This document shows positions 54,342 to 61,260 of a DNA stretch of 61,260 nucleotides, piece after piece. Origin of the DNA: an uncultured Oscillospiraceae bacterium (GTDB lineage Bacteria > Bacillota > Clostridia > Oscillospirales > Oscillospiraceae); contig CANROZ010000001.1 of assembly GCA_947632365.1 (NCBI GenBank), positions 1-61,260 of the forward strand, read 5' to 3'. How positions within the stretch are numbered: position 1 is the stretch's first letter; every line of letters begins with the position of its first letter. The notes beneath the pieces are model-generated. The model was not told where the DNA came from. It made no database searches and saw only the letters and a list, made by a program, of their open reading frames with translations. Position numbers and translations under genes: made by a program.

Positions 54342-55591
54342 TCTTCCTCCAACTGTACATAGATGGGATAGGAGCCCACCGCTCCGGCGCTCTCAAAGCC
54401 GTCCACATACACAGTAGTGGATACTCTGGAGCGGCCTAGCGGCGCCTCGGAGATATCCGCCACGATGCGGATGTTGTTGGCTTTGATCCGGTCGAACACC
54501 TGGGACGGCGCCCGCACGGTGACCACCTTCAGCGGTTCCACCACCTGGCAGGTGTACCCCTCCGGCGGGTCTGTAGTGGACAGATTCTCCACCACGAAGG
54601 TGTTGTAGGTCAGACCTGTGAACTCCAGGCTCACCGTGGCCGTCAGATCGCCCGAGACGCACTCCACACCGTTTGGCAGCACGATGTTGTACTCCGCCGT
54701 GGGGAACGTGAGATAATCCGCCAGGCGGATGGTGGCCAGGGAGATGCTGTTCAGCCCGTCCAGGGTGGCCGCGTCGCCGGCGATGGTGATGGTCTGGGGC
54801 TGGATATCGGATATCACATTGGCCGAGGTGGCGCCGCCGCCGTCCACCAGGGTCACCACCAGCGCCACCTCCTTGATGGTGCTCACGGGGACCGTGACGG
54901 TGACGGATGACGTATCCGCCTGCACGTCTTCAAATTCCAGCAGATCGCCGTCCGCGTCCTGTATCTGGTAGTTGGCCTCGCCGGAGAACGCCGAGCTCAC
55001 CTCGTCCCGGCCGACCACCACCATGACCTTGCTGATCTGCTCCAGCTCCTCCTCCGGCCCGGTGAAGGTCACGTTGGCCGGGTCAAAGCTCATCTCGGAG
55101 GCGTCCACCATGTATCCCTCCGCCACGGTGCCCTCGAAGGAGCCCGTCACCGGGATGCTCTTGGTGGAGAGCTTGCTGATCTGCAAGCCGATGGTGGAGG
55201 GCGATTTGGATGTCTCCTGGATATTGCTCTGATCCACCGTGGAGGGATAGGAGATGGTATAGGCCATGGCCCGGTATCCGGCACGGGTGACATTGGTCAG
55301 GTTCACCACCGCCCGCAGATCGTCGCTGGTGATGCTGTCGATCTCCCGGCGGGTGCCCCGCAATGTGACGTTCACGGTAGTGGCGTCCTGATCGGACACC
55401 ACCATGTTCAGGGTGTCCCGCATGGCGTCCTGGCCTGTGAAAGCGACCTCCACGCCATAGAAGGTCTTCGTCTTCGATACGGTCCAGTTCGAGGTGTAGT
55501 ATAACCACCCCAGCAAGGCCACACACAGGCTCAGCACCGCCCAGAACAGACGGCTGTCCAGCAGCTTATTGATCCCTGTTTTGCTCTGCAT
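54338..55591 (-). CDS. cdaR: YbbR-domain protein CdaR (diadenylate cyclase regulator)
   Basis: N-terminal TM and repeated YbbR-like beta domains, directly downstream of cdaA. Confidence 0.88.
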   Translation of the reverse strand: MQSKTGINKLLDSRLFWAVLSLCVALLGWLYYTSNWTVSKTKTFYGVEVAFTGQDAMRDTLNMVVSDQDATTVNVTLRGTRREIDSITSDDLRAVVNLTNVTRAGYRAMAYTISYPSTVDQSNIQETSKSPSTIGLQISKLSTKSIPVTGSFEGTVAEGYMVDASEMSFDPANVTFTGPEEELEQISKVMVVVGRDEVSSAFSGEANYQIQDADGDLLEFEDVQADTSSVTVTVPVSTIKEVALVVTLVDGGGATSANVISDIQPQTITIAGDAATLDGLNSISLATIRLADYLTFPTAEYNIVLPNGVECVSGDLTATVSLEFTGLTYNTFVVENLSTTDPPEGYTCQVVEPLKVVTVRAPSQVFDRIKANNIRIVADISEAPLGRSRVSTTVYVDGFESAGAVGSYPIYVQLEEE

Positions 55592-56471
55592 CCTTGCTCA
55601 CCTTCTCCGGTTTTTTTCCCGAAAATATCTTCTTCAGCCGCTCCAGATGTCTCTGTCCGGCTCCGCCGTCCTCCGCCGGGAGCAGCTCGCGCCGGAGCTG
55701 TTCCTCCAGCAAATCCCCGGAGAGGTGGCGCTTCAGAAGGCCGTCCACCGCTACGCTGATACTGCCGGTCTCCTCCGACACGATCACTACCACCGCGTCA
55801 GATCGCTCGCTCATGCCAAGGCCGGCCCGGTGGCGGGTACCCAGGTCCCGGCTCAGATTCGGCTTTTCCGTCAGCGGCAGCATGCAGCCCGCCGCGGCCA
55901 GCCGTCCCTCCCGGATGATCACGGCGCCGTCGTGCAGCGGCGAGCCCTTGTAAAAGATATTGCGCAGCAGCTCTGTGGACACCTGAGCGTCGATCTCGGT
56001 GCCCGGGTCCATGACGATCCCCATCAGATGGTTGTCCCGCTCGAAAACGATCAGCGCCCCCACCCGCTCCCGGGCCATGCTCTCACAGGCGTAGACGGTC
56101 TTGGTGATGGTCCGCTCCAGCGGCTGTCCGCCGACCTGACGGCCGAACAGCGAGAAAAATTTGTACGAGCCCACACGCTCCAGGGCGCGGCGTATCTCCG
56201 GCTGGAACAGGATCACCATCGCCAGCACGCCGATCTCAAATATCTGGCGCAGCAGGAAGCTGGTCAGAGACAGCTTCAGGATACTGGCCAGCCCCAGCGC
56301 CACCAGCAGCAGCAAGATGCCCTGGGCGACCCGGATGGAGTTGGTACGGCGGATGAAAGAGATCGCACCGTACACCGCCACGGCCACCACCAGCACATCC
56401 AGCACGTCGGACAGGCTCATGGACAGCAGCAGCCGCAGGGAATCATTCACATTTGAAACAAAATTGCTCAT
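55566..56471 (-). CDS. cdaA: diadenylate cyclase CdaA
   Basis: 3 TM helices plus a DAC domain: GALIV...DGAVII...TRHRAGLGMSE.SDA...VSEETG.ISVA. Confidence 0.95.
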   Translation of the reverse strand: MSNFVSNVNDSLRLLLSMSLSDVLDVLVVAVAVYGAISFIRRTNSIRVAQGILLLLVALGLASILKLSLTSFLLRQIFEIGVLAMVILFQPEIRRALERVGSYKFFSLFGRQVGGQPLERTITKTVYACESMARERVGALIVFERDNHLMGIVMDPGTEIDAQVSTELLRNIFYKGSPLHDGAVIIREGRLAAAGCMLPLTEKPNLSRDLGTRHRAGLGMSERSDAVVVIVSEETGSISVAVDGLLKRHLSGDLLEEQLRRELLPAEDGGAGQRHLERLKKIFSGKKPEKVSKDAEQNRDQ

Positions 56472-56507
56472 CGCGCCATACCGTCACTTACTCTATGTCA
56501 ACTTAGT

Positions 56508-56536
56508 ATTATATTACAAATTTGTGTGCTTGGCAA
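56508..56536 (-). promoter_or_regulatory. sigma-A promoter heading the cdaA array
   Basis: Minus strand reads TTGCCA, 17-nt spacer, TATAAT. Confidence 0.55.
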
Positions 56537-56582
56537 CATAATTTCTTCCAAACATCCGCCCTCCGGACATGGAAAAACGCGG

Positions 56583-56619
56583 CGCTGTGACCATGCCAGC
56601 GCCGCGTTTCAAAAGTTTC
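56583..56619 (-). terminator. intrinsic terminator after the desulfurase gene
   Basis: Minus strand reads AAACGCGGCGCTG, a 9-nt loop, CAGCGCCGCGTTT, then TT. Confidence 0.8.
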
Positions 56620-56621
56620 GA

Positions 56622-57740
56622 CTATTTCAGGATATCTTTCACTGCCCGGGCCGCCAGAAGTACCTCCCGCTCGGTGTTGAAGGGCGAGAAGCTGAACCGA
56701 ACCGTCCCCTCCTCCAGCGTGCCCGCCGTGCGGTGGGCCAGAGGCGCACAATGGAGCCCAGCCCGTACCGCCACGCCCCGCTCAGCCAGCCGCGCAGCCG
56801 CCTCTTCGCAGTCCAAGCCCCGCAGCTGCACCGACAGGACCCCTGCCTGCTGCGACGGGTCTTTTGCCCGGAATTGCCGGACGCGGCTGTCGTCGGCGAG
56901 GGCGGCGGAAAATGCCGCCAGCAGCGCCCGCTCATGATACAGCACCGCCGGGCAGGTCCTCATTTGCAGCCACCGCACCCCGGCCAGCAATCCGGCGATG
57001 CCGGGCACATTATGGGTGCCCGCCTCCATGCGGTCCGGGAGAAAGTCGGGCATGGCCGCCTCCCGGCTCATGGACCCGGTGCCGCCGTACAATAGCGGCT
57101 CGACTCTGCTGTCGCGGCACAGGAGTACTCCCGTCCCCTGGGGACCCAGCAGGCCCTTGTGTCCTGGCATGGCGGCAAAAGCGCAGCCCAAGCCGTCAAA
57201 GTCCAGTCCCACAGATCCCGCCCCCTGGGAGGCGTCCACGATCAGCGGCACACCCTCCTCCCGACACAGCGCCGCGATCTCACGGATGGGCAGTATATAG
57301 CCGAACACATTGGATACCTGGGTGCAGACGGCGGCCTTTGCCCCCGGCAGCATCCGCCGGAAGGCCTCCACCGCCGCCTCCGGCTCAAAGAGCGGCGAGG
57401 CCGCCACCCGGATGTCCGCGCCGATGCCCCATAAGGGCCGCCATACGGCGTTATGCTCATAGCCGGAGATGACCACCGGGTCCCCCGGCCTCACCAGGGA
57501 GCGGATAGCGGCGTTCAGGCCGTGGGTGGCGCTGGAGGTGAACACCACCCGTTCCGGGTCCTTCACACAGAAAAGGTCCGCCAGCGCGGTGCGGCAGTCC
57601 AGCACCGCCTCGGCGGCCAGCATCGCGCTCTCATAGCCGCCCCGCCCAGGGCTGGACATGGTGCCCATGGCCTCGCACACCGCGTAGCGGACGGCGGCGG
57701 GCTTCTGAAACGATGTAGCGGCGCTGTCCAGATAGATCAT
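56622..57740 (-). CDS. class V aminotransferase-fold PLP enzyme (cysteine desulfurase / selenocysteine lyase-like)
   Basis: MIYLDSAATS, PLP-Lys PGHKGLLGPQG, catalytic Cys RAGLHCAP. Start refined to ATG 57740. Confidence 0.9.
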   Translation of the reverse strand: MIYLDSAATSFQKPAAVRYAVCEAMGTMSSPGRGGYESAMLAAEAVLDCRTALADLFCVKDPERVVFTSSATHGLNAAIRSLVRPGDPVVISGYEHNAVWRPLWGIGADIRVAASPLFEPEAAVEAFRRMLPGAKAAVCTQVSNVFGYILPIREIAALCREEGVPLIVDASQGAGSVGLDFDGLGCAFAAMPGHKGLLGPQGTGVLLCRDSRVEPLLYGGTGSMSREAAMPDFLPDRMEAGTHNVPGIAGLLAGVRWLQMRTCPAVLYHERALLAAFSAALADDSRVRQFRAKDPSQQAGVLSVQLRGLDCEEAAARLAERGVAVRAGLHCAPLAHRTAGTLEEGTVRFSFSPFNTEREVLLAARAVKDILK

Positions 57741-57985
57741 ACCGCCGCCTCCAGCGTCCCGTCGGGGTGGCGCAGCAGCACCCGCTCCGGGGAGAGGCCC
57801 GCGGAGGAGAGCAGCGGCAGCGATCTGTCCCGGTGGTGGGCGCCGATGATGACGCAGTAGGCGCAGCCATGGGCGGCCGCAGCCTTCGGTACCCGGGAGA
57901 CCGTTCCCGTAATGCCCGCCCGCTCCAGCACCCGCGCCGCCCGCTGGGCATAGGTCAGGCTTCGGAATGTCAACAGATAGTGCAT
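57737..57985 (-). CDS. DUF3343-like small protein (putative S/Se carrier)
   Basis: 82 aa, LLTFRSLTYAQRAARVLERAGI...HGCAY. ATGA overlap with the desulfurase gene. Confidence 0.75.
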   Translation of the reverse strand: MHYLLTFRSLTYAQRAARVLERAGITGTVSRVPKAAAAHGCAYCVIIGAHHRDRSLPLLSSAGLSPERVLLRHPDGTLEAAV

Positions 57986-58029
57986 AAAAAGACCTCCCGC
58001 ACTGGTTACGCACCATTGTATGCGGGAGG
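57986..58029 (-). terminator. intrinsic terminator of ispDF, overlapping the SD of the next gene
   Basis: Minus strand reads CCTCCCGCA, a 19-nt loop, TGCGGGAGG, then TCTTTTT directly followed by an ATG. Confidence 0.7.
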
Positions 58030-58048
58030 CGCTGTATTTGGTTCTGCG

Positions 58049-58516
58049 TCAGTGCAGCAGTACCACGGCATGGGCGCTGATGCCCTCTCCGGACCCGGTG
58101 AAGCCCATCTGCTCCTCGGTGGTGGCCTTCACGCTGACAGCGGAGATATCCACCCCCAGGTCCGTGGCGATGTTGGCGCGCATCCGCTCCAGGAAGGGCG
58201 CCAGCTTCGGCCGCTGGGCGATGACGGTCACGTCGCAGTTCTCCACACCGTAGCCAAGCTCCGCGGCCATTTTCACCGCCGTGCGCAGAATGACGCGGCT
58301 GTCGATGCCCTCCGTGGCGGGGTCGCTGTCGGGAAAGAGATGGCCGATGTCCCCCAGCGCCGCCGCGCCCAGGATGGCGTCCGCCAGGGCGTGGAGCAAC
58401 ACGTCCGCGTCCGAGTGGCCCAGCAGGCCCCTCCCAAAGGGTATCTCCACCCCGCCCAGGATGAGCTTTCTGCCCTCCGTCAGGCGGTGGGCGTCATAAC
58501 CGTGTCCGATCCTCAT
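58049..58516 (-). CDS. ispF: 2-C-methyl-D-erythritol 2,4-cyclodiphosphate synthase
   Basis: [12 protein letters not shown]...[11 protein letters not shown]. Start refined to ATG 58516, overlapping the ispD stop. Confidence 0.96.
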   Translation of the reverse strand: MRIGHGYDAHRLTEGRKLILGGVEIPFGRGLLGHSDADVLLHALADAILGAAALGDIGHLFPDSDPATEGIDSRVILRTAVKMAAELGYGVENCDVTVIAQRPKLAPFLERMRANIATDLGVDISAVSVKATTEEQMGFTGSGEGISAHAVVLLH

Positions 58517-59235
58517 ATGCGTTCCCTCTCCTGCAATATCATTTCCGCGATGCGCAGATCCAGCGGCGTGGTGATCTTGATGTTCTCCTCGCTGCCCCGG
58601 GAGAGATATATCTTCCCCCCGATGCGCTCCACGGCCAGGCAGTCGTCCGTGACATCCGGGGCATTCCTGTCCGCGTCCGTGAGGGCCGCCCGGATCAGGT
58701 CCGCCTGAAAGCATTGGGGCGTCTGGGCTGCAAAAAGGCTGCGCCTGTCCGGCGTGGCCGTCACCACCCCGTCCGCCGCCTGCTTCACCGTGTCCCGCAC
58801 GGGCAGACACGGCAGCGCCGCCAGATGGCGGTAGGCGGTCCACAGCCCGTCCAGGATGACCTGCTCCGTCACCAGGGGCCGGGCCCCGTCGTGGATAGCG
58901 ATGAGCTCCGCCTCCGGCGGCACGGCCATCACCCCGGCCAGGCAGGACCGGGCCCTGGTGTCCCCGCCGGGGACCACCGCCGTCAACTTGCTGACGCCGT
59001 ATTGCCGCCCCAGCGCCCGTACGCCCTCCAGCGCGTTCGCCCGGGCGGCCACCACGATAGCGGTCACGGTGTCCGTCCGCTGAAAGGCCAACAGCGTGCG
59101 GGCCAGTACGGGCATGCCCCCCAGGTCCGCCATCAGCTTATCGCCGCCGAAACGACTGCCGGAGCCCCCCGCCACGATCACCGCCGCCGCAAAGGGCAGC
59201 CGGGCCGTCTTCATTTTTTCCGACACAGCGCCCAT
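58513..59235 (-). CDS. ispD: 2-C-methyl-D-erythritol 4-phosphate cytidylyltransferase
   Basis: [13 protein letters not shown]. The start is uncertain: ATG 59235 is preceded by GAGGT, and 59250 or 59214 are also possible. Confidence 0.92.
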   Translation of the reverse strand: MGAVSEKMKTARLPFAAAVIVAGGSGSRFGGDKLMADLGGMPVLARTLLAFQRTDTVTAIVVAARANALEGVRALGRQYGVSKLTAVVPGGDTRARSCLAGVMAVPPEAELIAIHDGARPLVTEQVILDGLWTAYRHLAALPCLPVRDTVKQAADGVVTATPDRRSLFAAQTPQCFQADLIRAALTDADRNAPDVTDDCLAVERIGGKIYLSRGSEENIKITTPLDLRIAEMILQERERI

Positions 59236-59246
59236 ATCTGACCTCA

Positions 59247-59275
59247 ACATAAGTCAACGTTTTGTCCCATATAGT
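59247..59275 (+). promoter_or_regulatory. sigma-E-like sporulation promoter upstream of spoVB
   Basis: ACATAAG-N14-CATATAGT against kmATAww-N14-CATACAhT. Confidence 0.4.
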
Positions 59276-59329
59276 GATTATAACCATTTTGCCCGTTTTA
59301 CGCAAGGGCAGCGTTCAGGAGGTGGGCCC

Positions 59330-60826
59330 GTGCTTCAGGACAGGACCCTCGCTTTCAATACCGTACTGCTCACCGCCTCCGGCCTGGCCATGCGGTTCGT
59401 GGGTATGATCTGGCAGATATGGCTGGTGGGCCGCATCGGCGAGGCCGGGATCGGCCTTTTCCAGCTGGTGATGAGCGTCAACGGCCTGGCCGTGACAGTG
59501 GCCATGTCCGGCAGCCGCTACGCCGTGACCCGGCTCACATCGGAGGAAAACGGCCTGGGCCGTCCCCACGGCGCGGCGCAGGCCCTGCGGGAGAGCATGC
59601 TGTATGGGCTCTTCTTCGGCCTGGCAGCCGGGCTCATATTGCTGCTCACCGCTCAGCCCCTGGGCTTTCTCTGGCTGGAGGACGCCCGCACTGTCCGGCC
59701 CCTGACGCTGTTGGCTCTCACCATGCCCCTGACCGGGATCGACTCGGTGATGCACGGCTATTTCACCGCCGTTGGCCGGGTGTGGAAGAGCGTGGCCGTG
59801 TCCGTCTGCCAGCAGCTCATCACCATCGGCGTCACCGCCGCTATGCTCATGACAGGCCCCGCGGGGAATCTGGAATCGGCCGTGGCGGTCATCACGGGCG
59901 GCTCCCTCATAGGCGAGGGATTCGGCGTGCTGGCCCTGGCGCTGGCCTACGGCACGGACCGTCATCGCCACGGCATCACACGGCAGAAACACGCCCCGCC
60001 GCCCCCGGGCATGGGGGCCAGGCTGCTGCGCATCGCGCTGCCCCTGGCGGCGGCCTCCTATGCCAGGAGCGGCCTTTCCACCCTCCAGCATCTGCTGGTG
60101 CCACGGGGGCTGCGGGCCTCCGGGCTCTCGGCGGACACCGCCCTGGCGGGCTACGGCGTCATCCAGGGCATGGCCCTGCCTGTGGTGCTGTTCCCCTCCT
60201 GCCTGATGATGGCGGTGGCGGAGCTCATCGTGCCAAAGCTCACGGAAAAGCAGATGCAGCGCCAGACCCAGAGCATTCGCCGCGTGACGGAGGACGTGCT
60301 GTGGAAGGGCTGGCTCTTCTCCGGGATCACGGCGAGCCTTCTCTTTTTCATGGGCGATCACCTGGGCATGGCGCTATATAGTTCTGAGCAGGCGGGGCGA
60401 TATATACGGCTGTTCGCCCTGATCGTGCCTGTGATGTATATGGATATGGCCACGGACGGCTGCCTGAAGGGTCTTGGCGAGATGATGTTCTGCATGGTGG
60501 TGAACATCGCGGACGTGGGGCTTTCCGCCCTGCTGGTGTGGGTGCTGCTGCCCCGATGGGGGCTGGGGGCGTATATCTTCGTCATCTGCTTCACGGAAGT
60601 TTTCAACTTCGCGCTGAGCATGTGGCGGCTGAAAAAAGTATCCGGCTTCCGCCTGCCGGGGAAAAAGACAGCGCTGGCCCTTTTTTGGGCGGTGCTGGGC
60701 GGCGCTGCGGCCCGGCTGATCGGTGCCTTCACCGGAGCGGAGGCGAGTGTCGCCGCCCTGGTCCTCTCCATGGCCGCAGGACTGGCGCTCTACTGCGCCG
60801 CCATGGGCAGGCACATGACCCTTTGA
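59330..60826 (+). CDS. spoVB: stage V sporulation protein B (MOP/MurJ-like flippase family)
   Basis: Polytopic 498 aa. GTG start 5 nt after AGGAGGTG. The longer track ORF from 59096 runs antisense through ispD. Confidence 0.85.
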   Translation: MLQDRTLAFNTVLLTASGLAMRFVGMIWQIWLVGRIGEAGIGLFQLVMSVNGLAVTVAMSGSRYAVTRLTSEENGLGRPHGAAQALRESMLYGLFFGLAAGLILLLTAQPLGFLWLEDARTVRPLTLLALTMPLTGIDSVMHGYFTAVGRVWKSVAVSVCQQLITIGVTAAMLMTGPAGNLESAVAVITGGSLIGEGFGVLALALAYGTDRHRHGITRQKHAPPPPGMGARLLRIALPLAAASYARSGLSTLQHLLVPRGLRASGLSADTALAGYGVIQGMALPVVLFPSCLMMAVAELIVPKLTEKQMQRQTQSIRRVTEDVLWKGWLFSGITASLLFFMGDHLGMALYSSEQAGRYIRLFALIVPVMYMDMATDGCLKGLGEMMFCMVVNIADVGLSALLVWVLLPRWGLGAYIFVICFTEVFNFALSMWRLKKVSGFRLPGKKTALALFWAVLGGAAARLIGAFTGAEASVAALVLSMAAGLALYCAAMGRHMTL

Positions 60827-60871
60827 CAGCGGTGGGATTATCTGCTAATCTATAGGCAGGAAGTGATAAAA

Positions 60872-61260
60872 ATGATCCTGACCGTCGATCTTTCCAACAG
60901 CCATATCACCCTGGCGGGCATCCGGGAGGGCGAGGAGCTCTTCTCCTGCCAGATGGCCACCGCCAAGACCCGCACCGCAGACGAATACGCCGCGCTCATG
61001 CGCCTGCTGCTGGAGCAGAAGGGCGTGGACTGCGGCGCGCTGGAGGGGTGCATCCTCTCCTCCGTGGTGCCGGAGCTGACGCTGATCCTGCGCCAGGGGC
61101 TGCAGGCCCTCACAGGTACGGAGCCCATGGTCATCGGCCCCGGGGTAAAGACTGGGCTCAACATCCGCCTGGACGACCCCTCCCAGCTGGGAAGCGACTT
61201 CGTGGCGGCGGCTGTGGCGGCCCAGGAGCGCTATCCCCTGCCTGTGGTCACGGTGGATAT
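60872..61260 (+). CDS. coaX: type III pantothenate kinase (3' end beyond window)
   Basis: MILTVDLSNSHITLAGI...VIGPGVKTGLNI...PSQLGSDFV. The frame is open to the window end. Confidence 0.85.
   Translation, partial: MILTVDLSNSHITLAGIREGEELFSCQMATAKTRTADEYAALMRLLLEQKGVDCGALEGCILSSVVPELTLILRQGLQALTGTEPMVIGPGVKTGLNIRLDDPSQLGSDFVAAAVAAQERYPLPVVTVD

Noticed and set aside
59096-59329. N-terminal extension of spoVB (track ORF starts at 59096)
   Set aside because: It runs antisense through the ispD 5' end and the divergent promoter region. GTG 59330 has a strong AGGAGGTG SD, and the flippase homology begins there.
1-61260. Scan for tRNA, rRNA, riboswitch, T-box and transposase/IS signatures
   Set aside because: Reading by eye on either strand, I saw no T-arm-type (GGTTCGAATCC-like) motifs, no rRNA-like segments and no recognisable riboswitch cores. 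Only rnpB was found. A covariance-model scan would be needed to be certain.

Overview
Visibly GC-rich chromosomal segment from an endospore-forming Firmicute, probably class Clostridia. The inference rests on spoIVA, spoVB, cwlD, yunB and cotJ, a type-A RNase P RNA, and RuvC instead of RecU. Almost all of it is densely packed core genome. On the + strand: rimP-nusA-ylxR-ylxQ-infB-rbfA-nrnA-truB-ribF, ruvCAB, a SigH-like sigma factor, trmK-nif3, spoIVA, cwlD-radA, a Xer-like recombinase, an MBOAT/DHHW pair, dut, pfk, cotJ, spoVB and coaX. On the - strand: ispDF, a DUF3343/cysteine-desulfurase pair, and a ~16 kb co-directional array running cdaA-cdaR ... yicC-remA-gmk-rpoZ-priA-def-fmt-rsmB-rlmN-stp-prkC-rsgA. 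Further on the - strand are a LysM protein, yebC, rnpB, murD, two M42 peptidases, yunB, ligA, fba, a P-type-ATPase-like gene and an RR-HK-lipoprotein operon. I found no CRISPR array, tRNA, rRNA, defence-type cluster or toxin-antitoxin pair. The window starts inside a large serine recombinase gene, which probably marks the end of a mobile element lying to the left. The most unusual items are: (1) a P1B-ATPase homologue with the actuator domain missing in frame and every catalytic motif degenerate, but the membrane CPC site kept; (2) a translationally coupled Cys-rich module (RseC-like, DUF5685-like, J-domain protein, membrane protein) of unknown function; (3) a recurring hairpin layout in which a terminator-like stem buries the next gene's Shine-Dalgarno and carries a CATAnnATGG box in its loop; (4) a 30-bp AT-rich perfect palindrome just upstream of the Xer-like gene; (5) a low-GC cassette encoding a 4 x 45-bp tandem-repeat protein flanked by near-identical terminators. 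All calls come from reading the sequence and ORF translations by eye, with no searches run. Family names are recognition-based, and start codons marked as refined are inferences.
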